Shown: one piece after another, positions 19,458 to 29,055 of the stretch
How positions within the stretch are numbered: the first letter of the stretch is position 1
How the letters are laid out: each line of letters begins with the position of its first letter
NCBI GenBank assembly: GCA_030650095.1
Contig: JAUSEE010000031.1
Coordinates: 1-58,549, forward strand
Direction: 5' to 3'
Length of the DNA: 58,549 nucleotides
Origin: Candidatus Buchananbacteria bacterium
Lineage (GTDB): Bacteria > Patescibacteriota > Patescibacteriia > 2-01-FULL-39-33
Program-made: the position numbers and the translations under genes
The notes under the pieces: model-generated
Database searches by the model: none
What the model was told of the DNA's origin: nothing
The model's input: only the letters and a program-made list of their open reading frames with translations

Positions 19458-22400
19458 TCATATATTCTAGAATCTAATGTGCTGATTGGATTTTCCCCTA
19501 AATTAAACTTGTTTATTCTAATGAATTTATAACCATAACTTTCAAGAATATATTGTCGATATACATCTTCTGGAGAATAATATTCTTGATAATTTGACTC
19601 GTTAACCAAACCAATATAATCACCAAAATGCTCAAGGAAGCCATCATATTCAATAATGATTTTATATTGTTTTCCGTCATTATCGTCGTAAATAAGAAGA
19701 AAATCCACTCTATAATTTGGATGATTATAGCTTTTATCCAGTTGCTTTAGATACACGCCCAATTTAAACTGAGGCAAAATTTCTGCTGAATCTTTGTTTT
19801 CCTCCCAAAATTTAGTTTGATAAAACCAGTCAAGAACCAATGGTTCCATGGCAGATTTTTTATCAACAGCACTACTATCAAGCTCTTTCTGTCCATCAAT
19901 AAGTATATTGGAATAGTGTTGTAAAAATTCCTTGGTTGTTCCACTATACTGATCTATTGGCTTGCTTAGAACAAAATGCATACATTCTTTAGCACGACTT
20001 AAACCAACATTAAGACGTTGTGCTTTAATTTTTCCTTCATCGTCGTCTTGATCAATACTATTTAAATCACTAATAAATACATAATTTAATTTATCGTCAC
20101 TCAATGTTGCGACCATCGAATAAAATATTATATCCATTTCCTCTCCCTGACAGGTATCAAAAGTCATTATTTTTAGCTTTAGAATATCAAACAAATAATC
20201 CGCCTCTGGTAGATCGCTGATTTTCTTATATAATAGCTGCTGTTGATTTGTATGAGGAGTAATAATACCAACGGTACACTTCTTGCTATGATTCTTAATT
20301 TCTATAAGCTGTAAAATAATATAATCAACCTCTGGAGTGTTGGTATTTTTTATTATCTCCTCTAAACCATCGTGTTTTATTTGACTAAATTTTATAACTG
20401 AGTTAATTGAAACTCCCCTAACTTTCATGACCTGAAGACTACCTTTATAAAAATATTTATTTGAATAAGAGATAAGTTCTCTATAGCCACGAAAATGTTT
20501 TACTAGACGGATTTGATAATTATTAATAAAACCAAAGAAATCTAAAATTGAAACCTTAATATTAAACTTTTCTAATCGAACAACCTTATCAGTCTCAGAA
20601 GATATATGATTTAAAAATACATCCTTCAAATTAGATAGATATTGTTTATTTATGTCACCACGGGCTAACGCAGACTTAACATTACTGAATTGCAAACTAT
20701 CTCCGAGGACGACTACCTTCTTGGCTCTCAAAAGAGCGGGAAAAGCTTGGGCAATACTTACTTGAGAAGCTTCATCAATAACAACTAAATCAAAAATCTC
20801 AGGTTCTAATGGTATATACTCGGCATAATCACGAATCCCAGACAAAATACAGGGGAATGCGCTCTTTAACTTTATAAACTGCTCCTTGGGAAATTTCTTT
20901 TTATCTTTTATTACCTGTTTAAGTGCTTTTGCATCACCCTTATAGTCATTAGTAAAGCCAACAAACCGCTCATCCATTAGATAGGTCATTTGCATTGTTA
21001 CAATATTTTCTATCTGTCTTGTTCTGTCTCCATAGTTTAGATCCTTAATTTCATCAAACTTTGATATTAAATCTTGATGAATAGAAATTAGTCTAACTAA
21101 TTTTTCAAATTCAAGATCTGAAATACTTGTCAGTTTATTTTCACATAAAGATTTAAACAAATTATCATTAATGCCAGCGGCGGTAAAACTAGACTCATGG
21201 TTACATGATACCCCTCTTAGATAATTGATATCATCATCAATTTCTATCAGAGAATCAACATATTCCTTGCAGACACTTATTCCTTCTATTATTTTTTTTA
21301 AAAAAATTGTTTGTAGTAGTACATCAATACTTATGTCTTTTTTCAGGTTAATATTTGCATTAATTAAATCACTCTCTTCTGATATTAATTTAATTATATT
21401 TTCGTATAAAGAGTTTAATTCATAAACAACCGATAAACAATTCAGATCTTTAAGAGTTAAAATATTAATTGATCCCTCTCTTAATTTTTCAGTAAGTATT
21501 TCTGCCTTAGACAATCCTGCAGTTAAATGATTTAGTTTTGATAGTTGATCTTCAGATAAATAAACGTCTTTATTTTTTAAAATTGACGTTACTAAAAATA
21601 TAAAATCAATATTATCAAAAAAACTTAAATCACTCTCAACTTTAAGCTCAAGAATATACTTATAAATACCCATAATTGTTTCCAATTCCTTGATTTTTTT
21701 ATGAGGATTTTCGATGTTTGAAAGTACAAATTTTTTAAGAAAACCTTGATTTAGCTTCTCTATCTGCTTCGTCTTACCAAAATAGCCAAAAAGAAAACCC
21801 TTTAACTCCTTGGCTGATTTAATATACTTATCTAAAGAAGCTAAATCATCGGAGTGAGATTCGTTGAATAAATTTAATAATGATAAATCATCCTTAATGT
21901 AATACCTGGATTTTTTTACAACATCATTAAGTATTAGCGAAAACTTAATAACTTCTCGAATGATTTCTAGTGAGTTTAGATGATTTTTTCTCACGCCCAA
22001 GATACTTATATATTCTTTTTTGCCATCTAAAATATCGACAATTTCAAAAATATCTGTCAAATAACCAAGCAACTCACTAACAATCGATTCATGACTCTTG
22101 ATTAACGGCTGATATACCGTAAATAATTCATCAATTTGAAACTGAGAATTTTCTGCTATAATTCTCTTCATATCTATAAGATCAGTAATAACCTCTTCTA
22201 AATTCTTTGAATTATCTATATTTAGTTCTTTTTTGAAATCAAAATTAAAAGAAATAGATCTATTTGATTGAATTTTTTCTTTAATTTTTAATAGAATGCT
22301 CCTTATTTTGATTAGTTCTTCCACTGAATTAGTATTTTTAACCGCCTCATCAATATCAATACATAAACCATCATGATCAAAATGTTTTTTTAATAACACG

Positions 22401-24199
22401 AGCTCATTGATTTCATTAATAGAAATTTTATTATATGCGCTCACCTGATCCTCTACTCCATTCCTTAATGCAGCTATTGCAGTGTCAATTTGTTCATTTA
22501 AATTGGGATATTTACTTCTAACGGCTCTAAACTGCTCAGTTATCCCAGCAATAGATGATTGTGTTAGTAATTGGCTATATGTATTGCCAGTCTTACCCAA
22601 TCTTAATAATGGATTTTGAAATTTTTCATCAACCCTAACTTTATTGAGTGTATTAACTATATTTTTTTCTACCACGTCTAAAGCTTCCTTTTTATCGGAC
22701 AACACCAAAACTGATTTATCTTTAAGGATAGTATCAAAAACAATTGCTGTTATGGTGTGACTTTTTCCAGTTCCAGGGGGACCTTCTACTAATAAATATT
22801 TACATTTATCATTATTAATTGCCGAAAGAATCTGCTGCTGTTCACTATTTAATGGTATTGGACTTTTACAAACTAGTCGTTCATCGATATTCTTCTCGTC
22901 CCATTCATCAATAATAACCATATTAACAGATTCTGGATTCTTATGAATAAAATCATCAATTAAAATCTGAAATCCATTCATTAATGAGCTACCTTCTGGA
23001 GCATTAAGAATATCTTCATAATCATTAAGAAGTGCCTCATCCGACTTGTCAAATAAAGCTACATAAACATTTGAACTCACGGACACGTAAAGATTTTTTG
23101 TTGCTTGAATATCTGGATTGGATACTTGGATTTTACCGTCAAGATTAAAAAAATTAGTAATGTCTGTCAGTGTTTCCTGTAAGACTAAATGAAGATCTTT
23201 TTTATGGTCTGCCAAATAAATAATACGCTCCGCAATTGTTTGAAGAGAACCCTTTTTATCGCGTTCCAAATTATATTCCTGAGCGATATAGGCTAACGCT
23301 TTTTTATTAATGTATATCTGAGAATCAAAAATAATATAAAATATATCGCTCTTGCGCTCAATTGAGAAGGGTATATAAAATATCGGATATTTATTTTTCT
23401 GATAACTTATATCATAAAAATAAAAATAAAATTCTTGCTTATCCTCTGTTTTAAAATTTTGATACAACTCATGTAGATCATTAAATAAATCAGAAACCTT
23501 AAACATGTCAAAAAATTTGGTTAAACTATCACATACATCATTCAAATTTAATGCACCTATTAATAATTTTTTTGTATTTGATTTTTCTCCACTTAATTTC
23601 TGTCTAATAGCCTCAGATACAGAATCGCTGATTTTCATCTTTAAAATCTCAGTTAACTCTTCTTCTATTTGAAATATAGCATTTTCATCGGCAAGCTTAT
23701 TGTTATCTAAGGATTTTTCTAAACTTTTCACCAAATCAAGCACAATGCGTTTTTTAAATACCTTATCGGCATCAGCCATAACACAATTAAAGGCCTGCAA
23801 ATAATCGTCACTATACTTAAGAGCCGATTGCTTAATAGATTCATCAAGATCTTTAATTAAATTAACAATATCAGATTCTGACACCTTAGCTATTTGTTTT
23901 TTTATTAAGTCAAGCAATGACTTGGGTATATCAGCCTTGTATACGCTCTTCTGTACTGAGCTCAATATATCGCTATTAAAACAATTATTAACTAACTTAT
24001 AGGCTACTTTATAGAAGCTTGGGTATTTACTCAAATTAATACCAGTAAGCAACCCCTTATCATTATGAAGTTTTACGCTTCGACGGGGTAATTTTCTTTT
24101 ATGGAAATCGGTTTCTAAAAATTCCATAAAATAACCGCCAACTTCTTTAATAAAGCAAGATAGTGAGTTGGGCTGTTTTTCTATAGATTGTTTAGCCAT
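19436..24199 (-). CDS. SF1 (DNA2/NAM7-like) helicase with C-terminal Vsr/DUF559-like PD-(D/E)xK nuclease
   Basis: EGPPGTGKS, IDEASQ, GDSLQ, CQGEE, RLNVGLSRAK helicase motifs; YRVDFLL...IEYDG...RQYILESYGYKFIRI nuclease; ATG at 24199 preferred over TTG 24262. Confidence 0.9.
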   Translation of the reverse strand: MAKQSIEKQPNSLSCFIKEVGGYFMEFLETDFHKRKLPRRSVKLHNDKGLLTGINLSKYPSFYKVAYKLVNNCFNSDILSSVQKSVYKADIPKSLLDLIKKQIAKVSESDIVNLIKDLDESIKQSALKYSDDYLQAFNCVMADADKVFKKRIVLDLVKSLEKSLDNNKLADENAIFQIEEELTEILKMKISDSVSEAIRQKLSGEKSNTKKLLIGALNLNDVCDSLTKFFDMFKVSDLFNDLHELYQNFKTEDKQEFYFYFYDISYQKNKYPIFYIPFSIERKSDIFYIIFDSQIYINKKALAYIAQEYNLERDKKGSLQTIAERIIYLADHKKDLHLVLQETLTDITNFFNLDGKIQVSNPDIQATKNLYVSVSSNVYVALFDKSDEALLNDYEDILNAPEGSSLMNGFQILIDDFIHKNPESVNMVIIDEWDEKNIDERLVCKSPIPLNSEQQQILSAINNDKCKYLLVEGPPGTGKSHTITAIVFDTILKDKSVLVLSDKKEALDVVEKNIVNTLNKVRVDEKFQNPLLRLGKTGNTYSQLLTQSSIAGITEQFRAVRSKYPNLNEQIDTAIAALRNGVEDQVSAYNKISINEINELVLLKKHFDHDGLCIDIDEAVKNTNSVEELIKIRSILLKIKEKIQSNRSISFNFDFKKELNIDNSKNLEEVITDLIDMKRIIAENSQFQIDELFTVYQPLIKSHESIVSELLGYLTDIFEIVDILDGKKEYISILGVRKNHLNSLEIIREVIKFSLILNDVVKKSRYYIKDDLSLLNLFNESHSDDLASLDKYIKSAKELKGFLFGYFGKTKQIEKLNQGFLKKFVLSNIENPHKKIKELETIMGIYKYILELKVESDLSFFDNIDFIFLVTSILKNKDVYLSEDQLSKLNHLTAGLSKAEILTEKLREGSINILTLKDLNCLSVVYELNSLYENIIKLISEESDLINANINLKKDISIDVLLQTIFLKKIIEGISVCKEYVDSLIEIDDDINYLRGVSCNHESSFTAAGINDNLFKSLCENKLTSISDLEFEKLVRLISIHQDLISKFDEIKDLNYGDRTRQIENIVTMQMTYLMDERFVGFTNDYKGDAKALKQVIKDKKKFPKEQFIKLKSAFPCILSGIRDYAEYIPLEPEIFDLVVIDEASQVSIAQAFPALLRAKKVVVLGDSLQFSNVKSALARGDINKQYLSNLKDVFLNHISSETDKVVRLEKFNIKVSILDFFGFINNYQIRLVKHFRGYRELISYSNKYFYKGSLQVMKVRGVSINSVIKFSQIKHDGLEEIIKNTNTPEVDYIILQLIEIKNHSKKCTVGIITPHTNQQQLLYKKISDLPEADYLFDILKLKIMTFDTCQGEEMDIIFYSMVATLSDDKLNYVFISDLNSIDQDDDEGKIKAQRLNVGLSRAKECMHFVLSKPIDQYSGTTKEFLQHYSNILIDGQKELDSSAVDKKSAMEPLVLDWFYQTKFWEENKDSAEILPQFKLGVYLKQLDKSYNHPNYRVDFLLIYDDNDGKQYKIIIEYDGFLEHFGDYIGLVNESNYQEYYSPEDVYRQYILESYGYKFIRINKFNLGENPISTLDSRIYEIVKKKL

Positions 24200-24318
24200 A
24201 AATTTAAATAAATTCTCATAAATATTAATTTTAATAATACCACTTTTCACTTGATAAGTCAAAAGAAAAACAGGAGCAGTTTTTATGTCTGCTCCTGTTT
24301 TTATAACAATAATTTATC

Positions 24319-24861
24319 CTAAATTACCCATTCACGAGGTAGTCCTACAAATGAAAATCCAAAAGTAATTAATAGTGAAATAACAGCAATAACAGCGACC
24401 GGTACCAGCAGCTTCTTATTGGTCAAAATGGGCTTCTTCAAAGTCGAGATAAACCAGCGTTCTAAAACCGATAGGGCCAATAAAGTGATAGATAATTGCG
24501 CCAACAAGCTGGCAATACTATAAATTGACCATTGAAGATTATATGACAGATTTTGGTCAGCATGCCATATCTCCCCGTAAGGCAAGCTACCGCTTATGGT
24601 AAGCAAGATTACTGCGGCTAACAGCAACTTATATCCTAAATCACGATATTTCTTAGGCATTATCAGTATCAGCAATAATGCAGCGATCCAACATCCAATC
24701 AACTGGACGAAAAACAGCTGGTTATTGCTTAGGAAGTTATTGCTGACATTAATGCCTACCAAGAGATCACTGATAAATATAAATAACCAAAAGAATACCA
24801 CCAAGTAAGCGCCCCCGATTATTACTGAGATGAATTTTTTGAAGTCGTTGGATAAGGTCAT
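24319..24861 (-). CDS. multi-pass membrane protein
   Basis: 180 aa, about 5 hydrophobic segments. Confidence 0.75.
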   Translation of the reverse strand: MTLSNDFKKFISVIIGGAYLVVFFWLFIFISDLLVGINVSNNFLSNNQLFFVQLIGCWIAALLLILIMPKKYRDLGYKLLLAAVILLTISGSLPYGEIWHADQNLSYNLQWSIYSIASLLAQLSITLLALSVLERWFISTLKKPILTNKKLLVPVAVIAVISLLITFGFSFVGLPREWVI

Positions 24862-24892
24862 AAAATTATAAATTTAATATGTGAATGATTAT

Positions 24893-25708
24893 TTAACGAC
24901 AAACAACTGCTTCTTCGCCAATTACATCACTTAAATATTTCTCTACATCAAAGGAGTCACCAAGTTGATCTATTAAGCCATTATCCAAAGCCTTCTGACC
25001 ATCCATAGAATTGCCATCAGCTAATTGTTTTACCTTCTCAATATCCAGTTTTCTATTTTCTGCAACATTTCTGACAAATATATCATAGCCAGTTTGCAAA
25101 TTAGCTATGAGCATATCTTTCTCTTCTTTAGTTAATTTTTTATCTGAATTTCCAGTATCCTTATACTTGCCAATGCTTAATTGATTAAATGTTAATCCTT
25201 CTTTTTGGTTTTTATTAACATTATCCAAATATGACATAGTTATTCCAATCGATCCAACATCAGATAAATCAGAAGCAAATATCCTGTCAGCTCCACTGGC
25301 GGCAAAATAAGCTGCTGAAGCTCCCATGTCCCTGATTAAAGCCACTGTTGGTTTTTCCGATCGCTTAAGAGCATTGGCAATTTCTTGACCTGTGGTAGGC
25401 CAGCCCCCACCAGAATCTATGCTTAATAATATGGCTTTAATATTTTCATTGGCATCGGCGTCTTTGATTTGATTCACTATTTCTTCTGAAGATGAGCAGT
25501 CGGCACACTCCTCGTTCTCTTGGATGTAGGTATAAAGATCGCCATATAAATTTATTTTAGCGACATTGCAATCGCCATAAACCAAGGAATCATCATCAAA
25601 CCACATAATCACAGCGATAGACCAAAAAGCTATAACAGTTACTATTAGAATAATAACAGATATAGCTTTGGATATTTTTTTGATTTTTGGTGGTAGATGA
25701 AATTTCAT
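24893..25708 (-). CDS. sppA: signal peptide peptidase SppA (S49)
   Basis: IDSGGG, GASAAYFAAS, VGSIGI, GKYKD, GLIDQLG motifs. Confidence 0.9.
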   Translation of the reverse strand: MKFHLPPKIKKISKAISVIILIVTVIAFWSIAVIMWFDDDSLVYGDCNVAKINLYGDLYTYIQENEECADCSSSEEIVNQIKDADANENIKAILLSIDSGGGWPTTGQEIANALKRSEKPTVALIRDMGASAAYFAASGADRIFASDLSDVGSIGITMSYLDNVNKNQKEGLTFNQLSIGKYKDTGNSDKKLTKEEKDMLIANLQTGYDIFVRNVAENRKLDIEKVKQLADGNSMDGQKALDNGLIDQLGDSFDVEKYLSDVIGEEAVVCR

Positions 25709-25718
25709 AGATTATATC

Positions 25719-26060
25719 TTATTTTTTATTCTTTTTACTAAAAACCACTTTATTAAATATCATAGTAATAATAATTGCCAGAAAAGCATAGCCAACAATC
25801 TCCCCAAAAAAACCAACAAGCCCATTGCTCTCAGTAAAATTAATATAAATTGATCTACTTTGAAGCAAAAGAACAATAATAAAAATAATCATGAACATTT
25901 TCCATGTTCTCCGACTATTATTGTCATCTTTATTTTTTGATAAGACGGTTGAATCTTTCGGAGTTGAAGCAACATCATCTATTTGTTTGACTTTAACGCC
26001 ACACCCACCACAAAAACGGCTATTTTTTTCTATGACCAGCCCACACCTTGAACAAAACAT
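25719..26060 (-). CDS. zinc-ribbon membrane protein
   Basis: MFCSRCG...FCGGCG plus two TM helices. Confidence 0.8.
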   Translation of the reverse strand: MFCSRCGLVIEKNSRFCGGCGVKVKQIDDVASTPKDSTVLSKNKDDNNSRRTWKMFMIIFIIVLLLQSRSIYINFTESNGLVGFFGEIVGYAFLAIIITMIFNKVVFSKKNKK

Positions 26061-26089
26061 AAATTTATTATTTATTATTTTTTAAGAAT

Positions 26090-26911
26090 TTATTTACATG
26101 TTCCCCAAAAACCTCTTTTAGCGGCTCTAGCGACCTCTTGTTCATTATTTTGCAATCCTAACGCGTAATTAAAATCGCCAATATGGTAATTTGCAACAGC
26201 ATAACCTGCGTATACTAAATTTTTTTCGACGCTTATTTGTTCATCAGATTTAAGTTTACTAAAATCAAGAACTAATGGATCTACATCACTGCTTAGAATC
26301 GAAACATATCTCAAAAGACGTGGCTTCAACTTATCCACCGATTTATAATCTTCGGGAGTCGCTAAATAGACATATTTATGCTCGATAAACCTCTTTAAAA
26401 AATCAGTAGCCAATCTTGATCGACAATCATTACTACCTATGTCATAGATCCCAGTAATCTCTATGGTTCTAAAAGTTATAAAATTTTCATTTCCTTTTAT
26501 AATTAAATAGGATACGATAATAGTATTATTATCAACAACTTTCTCTACCCAAACTGATTTATTGTCATCTGGATCATTAGAAATTTGTTTTTCACTATCA
26601 ATTATAAAACCGTTTGGGTTAGAGAGGTAGACTGGATTAGTCGTCGAAGGCACATTATTAGCATTCCTATCTTCATCTGCTATCCTCTGTTTTTCGATTA
26701 AGTTATTAATAACATCTTTAGCAACCAAAAATCCAAAGGCTATAGCTATAATTACGACGACAATAATAATTATTTTAACCAAAGTTGAAAAACTTTTATT
26801 CTCTCCCATACTAATATCACCTACTGTCACCGTACTACCACAGCTAATACAAAATTTATTACTTGGTTTAAATTTTTGTCCACATTTTGGACAATTTTTT
26901 GGTTTTTCCAT
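26090..26911 (-). CDS. zinc-ribbon + TM + thermonuclease (SNase)-like protein
   Basis: CPKCG..FCISCG, TM helix, then VEKVVD..TI, RLLRYV, LVYAGYA, ARAAKRGFWG SNase pattern; ATG 26911 preferred. Confidence 0.75.
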   Translation of the reverse strand: MEKPKNCPKCGQKFKPSNKFCISCGSTVTVGDISMGENKSFSTLVKIIIIVVVIIAIAFGFLVAKDVINNLIEKQRIADEDRNANNVPSTTNPVYLSNPNGFIIDSEKQISNDPDDNKSVWVEKVVDNNTIIVSYLIIKGNENFITFRTIEITGIYDIGSNDCRSRLATDFLKRFIEHKYVYLATPEDYKSVDKLKPRLLRYVSILSSDVDPLVLDFSKLKSDEQISVEKNLVYAGYAVANYHIGDFNYALGLQNNEQEVARAAKRGFWGTCK

Positions 26912-26935
26912 ATTTTTAAATAATTTTAAGTAATC

Positions 26936-27054
26936 AAAAAAGGCCACCCGTACTGGTATGGCAATCTTTCAACTGCCCTATGACCTTTCGGACATAGGCT
27001 CACACAAGCAAAACCAGACGGAATGGCCGTCTCTGTGCTCGTGTGAGTCTTTTT
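26936..27054 (-). ncRNA. candidate structured 5' leader/attenuator
   Basis: Several GC-rich stems with GAAA-containing loops and a competing long-range helix ending in a U6 tract, upstream of the 26911 gene. Confidence 0.45.
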
Positions 27055-27214
27055 ATAATCATGCCCGAAGCTAAAGCAACGAGTTTAGATTATCTACTAG
27101 ATTGTATCTGTAATCTACCAAAAAACGGCTCAAAAATCAAGCCAGTGGGCTAACCAGCTAAATAACCAATTAGCCCACAGTAACTCTGTCACCTGGTGGC
27201 AGAGTACATTATTA

Positions 27215-27418
27215 TTAAACCGACCGTGAATATTTTGCTAACCTTAAACAACTGAGGCATAACACTTTTTCTGGTTTTTTTATATGCGGAAAGGAAAGAA
27301 AAACGCGGTATTTAATGAATAATCGAAGGCACCGATTACATCGCCAGCAATTTGCATTCTCCCTTATCTGATATTTTTCTAAATAATAAATAACCTGCCC
27401 ATTAATTCGTTTCAACAT
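27215..27418 (-). CDS. small Cys-rich hypothetical protein
   Basis: 67 aa, CNRC...CLSC, directly follows the 27422 gene. Confidence 0.55.
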   Translation of the reverse strand: MLKRINGQVIYYLEKYQIRENANCWRCNRCLRLFIKYRVFLSFPHIKKPEKVLCLSCLRLAKYSRSV

Positions 27419-27421
27419 AAG

Positions 27422-28195
27422 CTACTGGTTTAATAACTCCTCTATTAGTTGGCTAGCCTCAAATTTGGATAATCCTTCTGAAGTTTTAAGATGTTCTTCC
27501 AGTTCTTCTTTTTCAAAATATCTTTGACTGATTAAATTATAAAGAAACCTCTTTTGCTTGGCAGTGGCTGGAATAAAGCCAAATTCATCCCCCTGATCAG
27601 CTACAAAAGCGTTATTCACGGCGTCTGGGAAGCGCTGGGAGCTATTCTCTATATCAACCTGAACATTATGACCTCTTGAATAATCAACAGCCTCTGAGCG
27701 ACTGCTATCTAACGCTTCTGACAAATTTTCGATGTCTTGAGTGAAAATATCAGACAAGCCAGTTGTTCTGATCACAGCGTCTATGTAGGATGACTTTTGG
27801 CTCATCTTGATTGTCTTGTTCACATCCCATTGGTTTTTAGAAAGAGTGGCGGCTCCTCTGCCTTGCCCAACCACTTGATTATTTCGACAAAGATTACAGA
27901 CATAAGCGATTATATCTTTGACCTCACTAAAAGCGTTCATGGTGTCGTCATCTCTCTTAAAAGTGGCAGTTAAATTATAAATGTTTGCTAATTTTTCAGC
28001 TCCACCTTTCGCCAAAGATTTTCTGCCTTTTATTTCATAATAATCCTGATTCTCCTGCAGTTTGGGCAGTACTTGAGAAATAAAATAACTTCGCTTCGCC
28101 AGCAGATTATCCACTCCTTGTTTAAATGCCTCCAAAGTATCGGCCATCGGTTGAGCAATATTATCGGACATTGTTGTTGATAGTGCTTGAGTCAT
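27422..28195 (-). CDS. phage-type protein, probable single-strand annealing protein (Rad52/Redbeta-like)
   Basis: KSLAKGGAEKL...NKTIKMSQKSSYIDAV...SDIFTQD motif and a C-terminal ATxKQ helix pair. Confidence 0.65.
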   Translation of the reverse strand: MTQALSTTMSDNIAQPMADTLEAFKQGVDNLLAKRSYFISQVLPKLQENQDYYEIKGRKSLAKGGAEKLANIYNLTATFKRDDDTMNAFSEVKDIIAYVCNLCRNNQVVGQGRGAATLSKNQWDVNKTIKMSQKSSYIDAVIRTTGLSDIFTQDIENLSEALDSSRSEAVDYSRGHNVQVDIENSSQRFPDAVNNAFVADQGDEFGFIPATAKQKRFLYNLISQRYFEKEELEEHLKTSEGLSKFEASQLIEELLNQ

Positions 28196-28380
28196 ATGAT
28201 TTTAGTTATGATTAATTTGTTTAACTCATACTCAACATTTATTTTGTCACCAGTGTTGAAGCCACAAGCTAATAAGTAATTATTGACTATGCGAATATAC
28301 GGGATAATTCGACGATTATGATTGAGATGACTGACAGTCATTGTTCTGACTGCGCTATCGTTATTGATTGTTTCTGACAT
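28192..28380 (-). CDS. SymE/AbrB-fold small protein
   Basis: PYIRI...LLACGFNTGDKINVE resembles the SymE signature. Confidence 0.65.
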   Translation of the reverse strand: MSETINNDSAVRTMTVSHLNHNRRIIPYIRIVNNYLLACGFNTGDKINVEYELNKLIITKII

Positions 28381-28398
28381 AAAAATTGATTAAGTTAA

Positions 28399-28566
28399 TT
28401 ATTGATCCATTTGGCCGCACTTCTTGCACACGCCGATATAAATCACCTTGTCATTTTGAATATCAAGCATGGATATGGTTTTATAGCGATGCTTGCATTC
28501 GGCTTTTCTAAGATGATTGACGACTTCTTGATTGAGGCCAATTTCTCGCAGATTAGTCTTAGACAT
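28399..28566 (-). CDS. small hypothetical protein (55 aa); not in the ORF track
   Basis: AGGAGGTG SD, MSKTNLRE...CKH...CKKCGQMDQ*. Confidence 0.6.
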   Translation of the reverse strand: MSKTNLREIGLNQEVVNHLRKAECKHRYKTISMLDIQNDKVIYIGVCKKCGQMDQ

Positions 28567-28741
28567 GTTCTCTCACCTCCTGTTTGACTTTAGGTTTATT
28601 GTTTTGAGGATTTGGTCCGACTGGACACGGTTCTCCTCCTAAATCCAACCACCTGAAAATACGGTTAAAGTAGCTTGATCGTCTGTAAGCTGACAAAGAA
28701 ACCAATGGAGTTATATCCATATTGGTAATTGAGTTAAACAT
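28559..28741 (-). CDS. small hypothetical protein
   Basis: 60-aa ORF filling the gap in a co-oriented gene run. Confidence 0.4.
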   Translation of the reverse strand: MFNSITNMDITPLVSLSAYRRSSYFNRIFRWLDLGGEPCPVGPNPQNNKPKVKQEVREHV

Positions 28742-28755
28742 AGCTGATTTGGTTA

Positions 28756-29055
28756 TTAATTAATTGGTTCAACTTGCAGATAGTAAAACAAATTGACTCG
28801 TTTGGGATAAGTGCTGATAACCTCGCCGTGTTCATCTTTGCGATCAACATAAGTAATACTTGGTATGGCACGTTCCCCGCGTTTGACTCTAAAGTTATTA
28901 GCCAACCATTGCTTGAAAGTAAGGCAATTATAATATGGGTCATAGTTTTTAACTTCTGCCTCGCCATACCTTCTGGCTATTTCTTCGGCCACCATTTTGG
29001 CAGTAGCCGTCGATCCTTTGTAGTTGGATTTAATAATGGATTTGATTGATTCCAT
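28756..29055 (-). CDS. ArdC N-terminal-like ssDNA-binding protein
   Basis: LTFKQW....RVKRGERA...VNLFYYLQV matches the ArdC/DUF1738 N-domain pattern. Confidence 0.75.
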   Translation of the reverse strand: MESIKSIIKSNYKGSTATAKMVAEEIARRYGEAEVKNYDPYYNCLTFKQWLANNFRVKRGERAIPSITYVDRKDEHGEVISTYPKRVNLFYYLQVEPIN

